A stretch of DNA of 62,458 nt, filler included, from Basidiobolus ranarum (taxonomy: Eukaryota): the NCBI GenBank assembly GCA_040143965.1. It is 9 parts of 9 records of this genome, joined end to end, with 100 filler letters (N's around TTAATTAATTAA, not from the genome) between each part and the next. Parts side by side here need not be neighbours in the genome. Positions count along the whole stretch, not along the records: positions 34,806 to 41,653 come from JASJQH010001230.1; positions 41,754 to 48,593 come from JASJQH010001231.1; positions 48,694 to 55,528 come from JASJQH010001232.1; 6 more parts are not named here. One strand, given 5' to 3'. The stretch's first letter is position 1; the number at the start of each line of letters is the position of its first letter. A program made the position numbers and the translations under genes. The notes under the pieces were generated by a model, which worked only from the letters and a program-made list of their open reading frames with translations, searched no databases and had not been told where the DNA came from. Positions 37,876-49,206 of the stretch are shown one piece after another.

Positions 37876-38740
37876 TGTACCAACGGTAGAAGTGGAGACG
37901 AGATAATTTTAACGAATATGAGACCGACCCGACCATATATATAACTTTCGAGGGTGGCTACCTTTTTTTAGATTGTGGTTTTATGAGTGCTGTGTCGTGA
38001 GAAGAATTCCTAGTTTGCAGCAACTAATGTGGCTTTCTTCTCACTACAGCAACCTGAAGAAAGTTAATATGCGAGGAGCTGGTTGGCGGCTCAAGGAAGT
38101 GAATAGTAATATTCTCGACACTGTGAGTAAACGATATCTCACATTTCATTGAATAGTACACTTCAGGCTTCATGCTAATGGTGTGATTTAATTGATGCAG
38201 TACACAAGCAGCGTTTCACGCTTAATCTCACCAAGTTCACAGTAACATACATGATTGGTGAATGGAAGTTAATGGTAACAATGGCTTAATTTCAGATTGT
38301 GCGAGTAAATAATATCCCACATTACATAGAATAGTATTGGTTCAAATCAACAGATGATAATGCAGACTACACAAGCGTAGGTAACAACGATTTACTTTTG
38401 AATTCTACAGTTAACGTGGCACTACCTCTCAGTCATTGCCATCTACTGGTTGCCATATACTGTTTGCCAAGGGACTGAGTAAATGCAAATACAGATATGG
38501 GTCGTGTGTGAATATCAGTATTACTTCCTCAATGCTTGATTATCTAGGATTTTGGTTCTGAACAATCATTCCTGGAGCGATTCTGGTATTCTCAGTAATG
38601 ATTGACGGTATTTATCGGTATGCCAGAAAGTTGACTGCAAGCCTTATTTTAGGATCCAACAACTCAATCAAAAGGTCATATGCGCACAGATGCTATTTGA
38701 TACAAAATTGTTTATTCATTCAATAGAGTACCTCAATCTC

Positions 38741-38785
38741 TTAGGTACAAGCACTTCACATACAGCATTTACTACCAATGAGCCA
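38741..38785 (-). pseudogene. Relic 3' end of an additional type A peptide gene
   Basis: Minus strand GGT AGT AAA TGC TGT ATG TGA AGT GCT TGT ACC TAA = GSKCCM*SACT*, versus GNKCCMWSACN*. Confidence 0.7.
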
Positions 38786-39056
38786 AACGGTGTAACTTTG
38801 GACAATTTAAGACTTGATGTGTGGCTTTGGTAGCCAAATCTAACAAGAGGATTCACCCAATCATTTTATAACTAGGTGTATCAAATTAATGACGGTCTTC
38901 TATCTTGCTCTATTTAGTACTTCATTAGCATTACCTCTTACTTTCTCTGCGCACATACGAATAAAATCTGCGACATTTTGTACTTGGATTAGTTATGAGT
39001 TTATTCATTTGGGATTAGCAGAGAGAAACGCGACTCTGTAAATTTTCACTCATTGG

Positions 39057-39245
39057 TTAGCAGATACCCCATGAGCAGCATTTATTTCCATCTGAGCCAC
39101 ATCCGTACCACTGACAGCAGCCACGAGCTTCGATATTACCACTGCTGCTACTAACTTCAGCTTCTGCTGGAACTGGATTAGCCTCAGCGGTCAAGGTAAC
39201 CATAGCGAATGCAGTTAAAAGGAGAGCGGCGACGGAAAGTTTCAT
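39057..39245 (-). CDS. Small secreted cysteine-rich prepropeptide, type B copy 1 (predicted mature GCCQWYGCGSDGNKCCSWGIC)
   Basis: True start is probably ATG 39245 (MKLSVAALLL), by alignment with paralogs; 62 aa. TATAAAA on the minus strand at ~39314-39320. Confidence 0.9.
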   Translation of the reverse strand: MKLSVAALLLTAFAMVTLTAEANPVPAEAEVSSSSGNIEARGCCQWYGCGSDGNKCCSWGIC

Positions 39246-39317
39246 TTTTCGAAAAGCAGAGATAGATAGAGAATAGGTGCTTATGATGTATTTAGAACGT
39301 ATCAAACCCGACCTTTT

Positions 39318-39439
39318 ATAGAAACTGTAAATGCGGCAGTACAGCGTTAAGCTTTGTCGGATACGATGTTACCGTGATAGAAACTGTAAATACAGCAATA
39401 CAGCGTTAGGCTTTGTTGGATATTGTGCTACCGTGATAG
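39318..39439. repeat. 59-bp tandem duplication immediately upstream of the type B1 TATA box
   Basis: ATAGAAACTGTAAAT...TACAGCGTTA...TACCGTG at 39318 and 39377. Confidence 0.85.
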
Positions 39440-40133
39440 CTACCATGGGGAAATCCTCACTCAAATTCACGAAGTTGACGATTTAGGGCATTTGAAAGTT
39501 CACTGCCTGGATTTTGGTAATTGAAGTATGCAGTAAATAACATCGCTTTCTTCACGCTATAGCCAAAGTAGCCAGGACAGCAACAACATCCCACGTGATA
39601 TAGAGTAACCGTAACCTTAATAGGCGTAAGTTACATTCATACATGTATCCGCACCCAATCTCATCTTCTCATAGTCCAATTTGGCACTTCAGCGGTTACC
39701 AGAAATGTTGTATTGGTCATATATAGATTCAATCTACCAGATTTGTTCTCTCGGACTTCTTGAGGTTCTTTGGCACACTCACCCTAACAGAACAATCATT
39801 TAAATATCTCAATGAGCACCGAACTCGCATGACATCTTAGACCCAATAATGTGTTTAAGGATGCGGTGTTTGAGGGAGAGGTCATATTCAGTGCGAAAAA
39901 GGCCTCACTAAAAGTAGGCGTACAGCGTTCTATATTATATAAGTTGCCTATATAGCAAATACAAATGATATCTAATGATTTATTCATAAAGAGAGGAGCA
40001 GTGCGAAATATATTCATGTTGCTCTCGGTGGATTATAACACCAATAGCCACATTTACACAAGTGACTTTTGGTACAAAAATGGTTATTTATTTCATATAA
40101 GCAGAGAAGGATTGCTTCGAATAATTCAATCTT

Positions 40134-40325
40134 TCAGTTGCAAGCACTCCACATGCAGCATTTATTTCCATCTGAGCCACATCCGTACCACTGACAGCAA
40201 CCACGAGCTTCGATAGTGCCACTGCTGCTACTAACTTCTGCTTCTGCTGGAACTGGATTAGCTTCAGCAGTCAAGGTAACCATAGCGAGTGCAGTTAAAA
40301 GGAGAGCGGCGACGGAAAGCTTCAT
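40134..40325 (-). CDS. Small secreted cysteine-rich prepropeptide, type A copy 2
   Basis: 63 aa; mature peptide identical to copy A1; TATAAAAA ~70 bp upstream. Confidence 0.9.
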   Translation of the reverse strand: MKLSVAALLLTALAMVTLTAEANPVPAEAEVSSSSGTIEARGCCQWYGCGSDGNKCCMWSACN

Positions 40326-41526
40326 TTTTTCAAAAAGCAGAGATAGACAAAGAATAGATGTTTATGTTGAATTTACCAGCATCTGCTACCAAATCTTTTA
40401 TAGAAAATGTGGATACTACTACACGGTTTTATTGGATGCTGTACTACCATAAAACGATTTTATGATTGAGGTTGTCTGGGCGCTGTGCCATGAGAAGAAT
40501 TCATTTCGTTGACAATTCAGGAAAGTGGAGTCATCAACTGGTTTTTGGTATTTCAAGTATGCAATAACTAACATAACTTTCTTCCCACTGTAGTAAACTG
40601 TGATAGTTGATGGTGTTAGTTAGTGAAAGAAAGTCAATAACACTTTAACGTTAAGATGCTGTGAGAAAGTAATGTCACACGTCACAGAATTACTTGTCTC
40701 ATATAAGCTGGTGTGGGCGTGGATTACAATGATATACGTGAACTCTGGTCGATTTCGTAGTTAGTGTAACTTTTTACTTCTGCCATTACCAAGAAACTCG
40801 TTCTGGTTCTAAAGATATTCCGTAGATATGGATCATGCGAAAATACTAGCATTATTGCACACAAGAATAGTAGCATCACTATACACAATAATTGTCACAG
40901 GCCCTTATTCAAGTATCTAGTATTATTAAAATTAGAATTCAAATTTCTCTCATTCGCTTTGAGTGTAAGTCAATGATGCTCTCTCTATACAAATATGTTA
41001 CTGATTCTAAAATATCATGCTTCAAGCAGGAATAACGACCATTATCACCTGTTTGATTGGGCTTGATGGACTGCAGTCATTAACACATTCATTACTAGTT
41101 CTGTATCCATGAAGATAGGTGTGAGGCATACCATACTTAGATAGCACTCTTCAAATGATTTTAGTCGATTATAGCGTTACCACATGCACACAAATGCTTC
41201 GTGATACAAAATTGTTCATTCATTCAATACAAGAAATCTTGCTACCAATGAGCTAAAGAGTGTAACTTTGGACAATTTGAGACTTGATGTGTGGTTTTGG
41301 AAGCCAAATCTAATAAAAATATTCACCCAGTCATTTTATAACTAGGTGTATCAAATTAATGACGGTATTTTATCTTGTTCTATTTAGTACTTCACTAGCA
41401 TTGCCTCTTACTTTCCTTGCGCACATATTAATAAAATCAGCGACGTCTTGTACTTGGATTAGTTATGAGTTTATTCATTTGGGATTAGCAGAGAGAAACT
41501 CGACTTTGAAAACTTTCATTCATTGT

Positions 41527-41653
41527 TTAGCAGATACCCCACGAGCAGCATTTATTTCCATCTGAGCCACATCCGTACCACTGACAGCAGCCACGAGCTT
41601 CGATATTACCACTGCTGCTACTAACTTCAGCTTCTGCTGGAACTGGATTAGCC
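41527..41653 (-). CDS. Small secreted cysteine-rich prepropeptide, type B copy 2, 5' end cut by contig end
   Basis: Reads ANPVPAEAEVSSSSGNIEARGCCQWYGCGSDGNKCCSWGIC*; absent from the ORF track. Confidence 0.88.
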
Positions 41654-41753
41654 NNNNNNNNNNNNNNNNNNNNNNNNNNNNNNNNNNNNNNNNNNNNTTA
41701 ATTAATTAANNNNNNNNNNNNNNNNNNNNNNNNNNNNNNNNNNNNNNNNNNNN
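41654..41753. other. Artificial contig linker
   Basis: N44-TTAATTAATTAA-N44. Confidence 0.98.
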
Positions 41754-42019
41754 CACCAAAAAGTATAAATGCTTTATTTCTGGACAATAAATAATTATCT
41801 CACAAAGCTATTCACAACTCCACTTTTCTAAAGTTCCTCCAAACAGCCCATATTTTCCCAATAGAATTACCATAGCAAGCTAAGTGTTGATGTAATTATA
41901 AGCAATTGAATATTCTTGTTCTTTTTCTTGATTTGTAAAATATTATGAGATAGCAATAGATAAAATTCTTCCTACTTATTATGTGCAAGATATGATTAGA
42001 ATATTTCCAACACTACAAC

Positions 42020-43510
42020 AGTCAATCCCAAATGGATTAAAATTGTGATGGTTTACCTACAATAACAATCCGCAAATTTCTGTCAGGGGATTACCCCATG
42101 GCTAAAATGATAATACTGCTTATCTTGATCTATCTCACCAAGAAGTCTGTCTTGCAGCTTTCCTAGAAATACCACCAGATTACCACACATACAAATTAGT
42201 CCAAATTATAGAGGTACTTACTCTATGCCCATGGATTGGGTTTTGTGCTTTTATGGTGCTCAAACAATGAAAAACCCATGAGCACATTGAAAAGAGCCCT
42301 TTGTTGGAAGGTTAATATACTCCCTAACAGAAATTTGAGGATTGTTATTGTAGGAGAACCATGACAATTTTAATCCATTTGGGATTGACTGTTTAGTTAC
42401 CTTCATAAAATCATCAAGTTAGATTTGATTTTAATCAACATTTTCAGTTTCAGGCGTGAAACTTCAAGATCTTGCAAAATAGTTGCATATGATTGGCTAC
42501 AATCTCAGTGAACTATGGATCAATGCATATGCAAAAAATGTAACTCAAACTTTACACATTTACCACTTGAATGCTAATATGTCACCTTTGAAATTCCTAG
42601 TTTCTTTGATATTCTCTTGAATATTATTATAGAGTTCTTTGTACCTAAGGTTTACCTCATATCCAGCATAAGTTTGTATCAATATCTCCATCAAAGCCCA
42701 CCATTGTATTAATGTTGCTGAATCGACATTCTTCCAGTTATCTGGTGAACACCCTGTGATATTATGCCACTCTGTATCAAGTTCTTCCCAGATATCTGCA
42801 TGGTCAACACCAGACTGAATGTTAATAGTGTCACACTACAAGGACATATGAAAATAGAAAAGTGCTTGAGGAGTATTTTCAAAAGTATGAAGGGAAAAAT
42901 GGAGTGCAAGTATGCAGAAAGTGGCTTCAGAAGAAGAACATTCAAGTTGATATTCAGTCTGGTGTTGACCATGCAGATATCTGAGAAGAACTTAATTAAG
43001 AGTGGCACAATATCACAGGATATCCACCAGATAGCTGGAAGAATGTTGATTCAACAACATTAGTACAATGGTGGGCTTTGATGGAGATATTGATATAAAC
43101 TCATGTTGGATATGAGCTAAACCTTGGGTATGAAGAACTTTATAAAAATATTCAAGTGAATATATCAAAGAAACTTGGAATTTCAAAGGTGACATATTAG
43201 CATTCAAGTTATAAATGTGTAAAATTTGAGTTATGTTTTTTGTGGATGTGTTGATCTATAGTTCTCTGAGATTGTAGCCAATCATATGCTACTATCTTGC
43301 AAGATCTTGAAATTTCACTCCTGAAACTGAAAAAATTGATTAAAATCAAATCTAACTTGATAATTTTATGACATTAAGTAAATGATCAATCCAAAATGGA
43401 CTAAAATTGTGATGGTGTTCCTACAATAACAATCCTAAAATTTCTATTAGAGTAGCTGCTACCATGTTAGAGGATCTTGACAAAATGGGGGTCAACTTTG
43501 TATATTGGAG
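42020..43510. repeat. Unidentified repeat family 2 arranged as a long imperfect inverted repeat (arms ~42326-42825 and ~42950-43450) plus a short extra inverted copy at ~42020-42086
   Basis: GATATCTGCATGGTCAACACCAGACTGAAT (42791-42820) is the reverse complement of ATTCAGTCTGGTGTTGACCATGCAGATATC (42952-42981), and homology continues outwards for ~500 bp. 42121-42322 also matches ~54998-55201. Confidence 0.9.
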
Positions 43511-43759
43511 GCAACTTATGATAGTGTTTTTTGGATACTTTGTTCTTAAGAGTATATGGTGACTTATATAGCAGAGAAGCAAATCAATTGTTTGAAATAT
43601 TCAGGAGTTTGTGTGACAAGACATAATAGACAAGTGGGGATAATAAGACATACTTGGAATATAGATATACAGATATTCCTATTTAGAATACGGGGGTCAT
43701 TGATATGTTGCTTTCTGTTTCTGATATATGTATCATAACTAAAATTAACTAAGATGTAG

Positions 43760-44113
43760 AATAAAAATCAATTATCCAACAGTCTCCCAAGGCTTTCCAT
43801 ACCTTCTTGGCAGTTTTGGCTCTTGAACATTGATTTAGCAGTTTGTCTTTGATATGAAGACTAATTGTACTGTAGGCACTGTGTTATTTTTTAACCTAGC
43901 GTAGAACTTGGTTTCAAACAGTTTTGCATTGCTCTTTTCACTTACAACAATGTCTAAGGTCCTTTTTCTTGCAGCAGCATGGCCATTTTAATTTTCCAAA
44001 CTTGATAATTGATTCCATACAATTTTTCAGAAGAGGGAAAAGGTTCCAGAAGTTTGAAAAGTAGACATTACATTGAGTGCAAACTTGGAGCTCATAACCT
44101 GTTAAAGTATTTG
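43760..44113 (-). mobile_element. Ty1/copia relic: LTR terminus, PBS GGTTATGAGC and degenerate gag
   Basis: Minus strand AAATACTTTAACA-GGTTATGAGCTCCAAG, then EKLYGINYQVWKIKMAMLLQEKG; homologous to 26920-27260. Confidence 0.8.
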
Positions 44114-45239
44114 GCCCAAATGCGCAAGAAAACTAAGGTAGTACTTTGATATATATATTTATAGCTGCATAAGTGACTAGTCAAAATGAGATGTTTTAAT
44201 TCTTACTTAGTCAGAGATCTTTACGATATTGACAAGCGGCATATATCAAAGCATTTTTGACTTATAAATCCTTCCTAACTTCATAGGCATATGGTGAAAA
44301 TAACATAAAGTATTCATTCAAGATGTTTCCCTTGAGGCATCAAACACTTCGCGTGCGCCAAAACAACTCTATGCGTGGTGATTAATTTCTTATTAAGAGT
44401 TGACTTTTAGACTGTCATTGGTATCACCAACCTACGAGGACCAACTGAATAAATGAATGCAGATGTTCACAAGAGTTAGATGGGTACCCGATGCAAGATG
44501 ATGGAAGTATTCCGGGATTGGAGGAAAATGGGGGGAGTCTTAGTGAAGCAAGCTTAAAAGCGTAATGCACTATGTAAAATGTATGTGGTTAGGATTAACT
44601 TGATTATTATGCCATGATATTTGAAGTAGTACAACGATGGCTAGTGTTGGGTGCGATGGGATTCACCCTTCGATGTGTTAGCAATGGCAATGTTCAGATG
44701 GTACTGAGAGCTCAAACATGACTAGTAATGGCTACCAGTCTTTGACTTCCAAATCACACAAATATCTTAGTGACCATGTAATCCCGATACACTCGGAAAC
44801 TACTACGTATTGGCGTACATGATTTCTGTGCTCCTTGTCTCGCAACACTTCCAATACGAATCCAAGTTCCCCATACCAACCAATTTCACATAAAAGATCC
44901 ATCACGTAAGCTCGGTCTATAGAGTGTCACTAAGACAACTTCAATGCTAATCGACAATTCACAGGGATTCCACCTTAATTCTTGAATAGGTTAAATCCTT
45001 GGTTCAATTTTATATGCTCATAAAAGAAACATAATATAACACCGGTTTCGAAGTTTGTTCATTGGTCTCAATTGTACAAATTAGATTACCTCATCACCCC
45101 ACCCCACCTCACCTTACAGAGCTCTAAACTTAATGGTTAAGAAATGAGTATACGCTCTTCTCCACTTCGCACATATAGCTATCTTGAAGTGAATGAATTT
45201 ATTGATTACCATAATCGGATTGGTGCAGATATTACTTTC

Positions 45240-45262
45240 ATATATATATATATATATATATA
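45240..45262. repeat. (TA)n microsatellite
   Basis: About 11 perfect TA units. Confidence 0.9.
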
Positions 45263-45609
45263 GTGTCAATTAGAAGGAATGTTTCAGGGACGCCTTGGCT
45301 TGACTATGCCACATGTAATTTGCACGTGGATTCCAAGGATAAATCATCTGTTTCAGCTGAGGCCAGTATCGATTTAAAATGACTTGTTTAATGAATACAC
45401 ATATATACAAATAGAAAGAAAGCACTAGCGCACAGCTAGAGTAGCAAAGAAGAGATGGAAGAAAAGCTAGATATATATCATAGAAGTGTGGAGATGCTTT
45501 AGTAGATTTAATAACCGTGGTCATAATACTGTCTGCGTCCTAAACAAATCAATAGTCGAATAAAAGACAGTTGGCCATAACATCTCGAAAGACTAGCTTG
45601 CAAATATGA

Positions 45610-46061
45610 CTAACCTTGGGTTGCTTTCAGATAATGCATTCTCTCGTAAGCGTTGGACATTACCCGACGTTTAGTACGATGGATTCTCTCATTATCACTC
45701 TCGCTTTCAGTATCACTCTCGTCAGAATCAGACTCTCCGAAAGCTCTGGGCTTAGAGTAGATGCAACAGACTGAAAAAGTATTTAATGAATATCTCCCAA
45801 AAGAATAGTTAAAGAGTGCTACATACTTTTGCTTTTCTTTTTTCCAAGACCTTCATTATCCACCACGCTCTCATCCCATCGTACTCTACGGTTGGGTTCT
45901 GTTGAGCCCTCTAGTCGTATGGTGCCAGTGAACTGCTCCTCGTTGTCAGAGGTAAGGGGTGTAATGTCTTGCGAAGACGTTGCGTCAATAGTCACTGATG
46001 CTGTACCAGCTAGTCTAGAGTTTCTTGCCAGAAGGTTGGAAACGGTCTGCTGGTTGGACAT
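45610..46061 (-). CDS. YPI1: Protein phosphatase 1 regulator Ypi1 / inhibitor-3, two exons
   Basis: RRVRW (RVxW) DESVVDNEGLGKKKSK|ICCIYSKPRAFGESDSDES...NAYER; intron GTATGT...TTTCAG at ~45771-45826. Confidence 0.93.
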
Positions 46062-47194
46062 TTGATTCCCTTTGTTTTTCCAAGAAGGCAGAGCGTAATC
46101 TTTGATTAAATACTACTAATAAATTGAAAGGTATGTGGATAAATTGGATAAACGGACACATGGGAGCTTTGAGTCATTTTATAGCAGTTTCGAATTGATC
46201 TGTACATGTTGTCTACAATCAGGATACCCTCTCACATGAAAACGGTAATTCGTTTTAAACTAAATAATCCATGTAACACCAAAGGTTTGAGTGAATAAAT
46301 GCCGTAAACGTTGATGATACTGTAAGAAAAATATACTATGGTGAGTAATGCTTTCGATCAAAACTCCTGGCTTTTCAAATGGAACCAACGGTGCTCGGAG
46401 ATACCAATACCCCGAAACAAGTTGCAGCTTCCTATTTCAGCATCGGTTCTCCTCAGCCTGAGTGTATACATCTTGCAGAGTCAGAAACATGGATTTCCCA
46501 CTGATTGATGATGCTAGCGCCGAATTACCGAGACTCCGTGCACAAGCACAATCGCGGATTCTATAGCAATAGCCTCAGAAATTCCCGTTATAGATGAGAC
46601 CTTCTCTTATTTGTGGCTCACAAGCACTGTTGTGTTTACCCAAACCAATGAATACTAATCTAATTTTGCTACACTCGAGAGATTCCGGTGCTTGGCGGAT
46701 GTCCCTTTGTGGTGTTTATATAAAGTCAATGCCACCAAGTGGAATGCGCTAATACTATTATATCACATAATTGTTCCACAAGCCGAGCATCCCTAGCACC
46801 AAGGTAGTACCAAACTTTGCGACGTAGTCATCCAATGACTCTATACATATTGCTATATTTGACCCAGTCTCTCAAAGGCCTTCCGTCAAACGGCTCCGGG
46901 TCCAAGATAAGGCTCAACCTATGCTTGAATTATCTATGGATCGAAAGGAAGTTCGGGTCCCTTGGTTGGATTGGTTATGGTTATACTCACGTATATCTGT
47001 GATGATGACAACTATAATATAGACGACCTGGTGTAGATAGCATTGGCCCGCATAGGTAGTATACATCTCTTAATATACGCCCAATTCGTCTAATAATAAT
47101 ATCACGTGACCGGGTTATTTCCAATCACCCAGAAAATTTATTTCATAGGTCAAATAAGTAGTCGTCATTGAACAAAACAAGTAAGCATATAGGA

Positions 47195-48593
47195 TTAGGT
47201 CTCTAAATCATTGGGTGAAGGATCTTCTTTTGAGGAAGCATGAGAATTCAAAGAAGATGCATCCGAAAGACTCAACTCCTGCACGCTGGCTTCCTTCGAT
47301 GCTTCTAGGTGATTCTCTTCAACAGAAAGATCTTCTAGTGAGGCGGTAAGTTCATCCGACTTTGCTGGGTCTTCATTTTCCTGAGATTGTATCGTTGGTT
47401 GTTGTGTCTCGTGTTCAATCTTTTTCCGTTCTCGTAGATACTTGATCACGGACCTTAGTCGGTCCCTGGATTTTAGTAGATCAACCTTTACGTTAACGGC
47501 AACGGCAACGAGAACAGTCATATTAGGTGAGTATAAATCTAAATCATAGAGAAAACAATTGAAGTGAGCGACCGCTTACCTTTAGGATGTGTACACCGTA
47601 CATACTGGTGACTAGTAGCTCATTCAACCCGTCTAAATCCAGATCTATGTCTCCAATGTGGTAGATCGGATATGCAAAAGCCCTTTTCCATACCAGTTTG
47701 AAGGCAAGTCTATCGATGAGCCTAACGTCTAGAATGAAAATGTCAATGTCATCTGTAGATCGAATAAAGAGCTGCCATTCAAGTTCGACTTACCATACTT
47801 GTAGACCAGAAGTTGCTGTCCGTACGTCCCAAGAACAATCTCTTGTTGACCATCGAAATCTACATCCCCAACGTGTACACAGAGAACACTGTCAAAATCA
47901 CCACATTTCTCCAAAGAACAGGATTTGGTTAGCCCATACGTATCAATAGCCCTGTTATAATGCAAAGGTGAGTTGAGGCGTCGGACAGAGTAATGAAATC
48001 AGCACGCTATCTACTCATATATACACGCATATTCAACCGCACAGGCAACCAAAAGATTGATTTTCGCATCTGTAGATAGTAATGGATACATATGTTAGGA
48101 GGTAATTCAAGAGTCTGCTGGCAGGGTTGTTGTTTCGTACCGGGGGTCGGATGTGAACTAGTGGTAAACGGAATTGCCGATATGACCGGACTGTATAATC
48201 GCTTTTGAAAGGATTGGGATGACCCGTCTTGACAAATAACCAAGTTATTAGTATACACCAACCTCTTAAGGGCAGCTGAGTGCTTTGCTTATCGTACCAG
48301 GTTCGTATATAGTCACGTATAGGTGGCCATCTTGGCAGCCAACAACTAAGATCTTCTTCCCTTGTATGTGGTGGATTTTGATGTAAAGTATACTGAAGAG
48401 AGTGAGAAAAGTGTGGAAGCAATATCCATTTTAGAATCTATAAAAGCCAATGCCATACTTGATGGGCTCACTACTCAGAGAGGAGAGTTCGGCAGCATGC
48501 TCAATGGATATTTCCTCAAATCTATCTTTTTTATCATTCTAACATTTGGTAAACTTGAGTTTATGCTTATCTGCTTCCTCAGCTGTATGTTAC
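47195..48593 (-). CDS. KPTN: Kaptin (KICSTOR subunit) homolog, 3' part, multi-exon
   Basis: DSVLCVHVGDVDFDGQQEIVLGTYGQQLLVYKY|...FKLVWKRAFAYPIYHIGDIDLDLDGLNELVVTSMYGVHILK|VDLLKSRDRL parallels the human kaptin C-terminus as recalled (DSVLC..[25 protein letters not shown]...WQRSF...[22 protein letters not shown]). Confidence 0.85.
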
Positions 48594-48693
48594 NNNNNNN
48601 NNNNNNNNNNNNNNNNNNNNNNNNNNNNNNNNNNNNNTTAATTAATTAANNNNNNNNNNNNNNNNNNNNNNNNNNNNNNNNNNNNNNNNNNNN
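48594..48693. other. Artificial contig linker
   Basis: N44-TTAATTAATTAA-N44. Confidence 0.98.
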
Positions 48694-49206
48694 GTAAACA
48701 TCCACACCTGCACCGGCATTCTCCGGGCAATTATATGGCCCACTAGGGCTTCTAGCCCTTTGAGAGACTCTTGGTAAGCCCCAACTAGGTGGGCTATTTT
48801 GGGAACCAGAAATGGTGAAAATTTGCTCAGCCTCCACGTACTCAACATCGGCATTTCCTTTAAGATCCCTAACCAATGATTCACTGAGTACACCAGCATA
48901 GGCGTTGAAACTTTCTAGGGAGAATCGACTCCTGAGTTCATTTTTAAGAGTATTATTTCCACTTCGACCACGATTGTACTGATCTAACTTGGTCTTGAGA
49001 AGTTGGTCAACTTTCAAAATGATAGATGTTAGTGCCTGGATTGGAATTTAATCCATGTTTCATGGAATACCTTTATTCGCATCGGCCGTATTTTTAATCT
49101 TGACAATGTAGCGATTGGCAACCTCCGGTACTTGAGCTTCAGAGAGTGGAATAGCAAGAACAATGGCGACCAAAGATCCCAGGGCAAAGGTACGAATACT
49201 GACCAT
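48694..49206 (-). CDS. Secreted subtilisin-like (proteinase K-type, S8A) protease, prepro region and start of catalytic domain, cut by contig start
   Basis: Signal MVSIRTFALGSLVAIVLA, I9 prodomain (NRYIVKIK...FNAYAG...DVEYVEAEQ), then QNSPPSWGLPRVSQR...AGAGVDVY. One short intron at ~49020-49070. Confidence 0.92.

Noticed and set aside
42709-43063. Two similar 99-aa ORFs on opposite strands as a gene pair
   Set aside because: A by-product of the inverted repeat; both start at TTG/GTG-type or internal codons in decayed DNA and have no recognisable domain.
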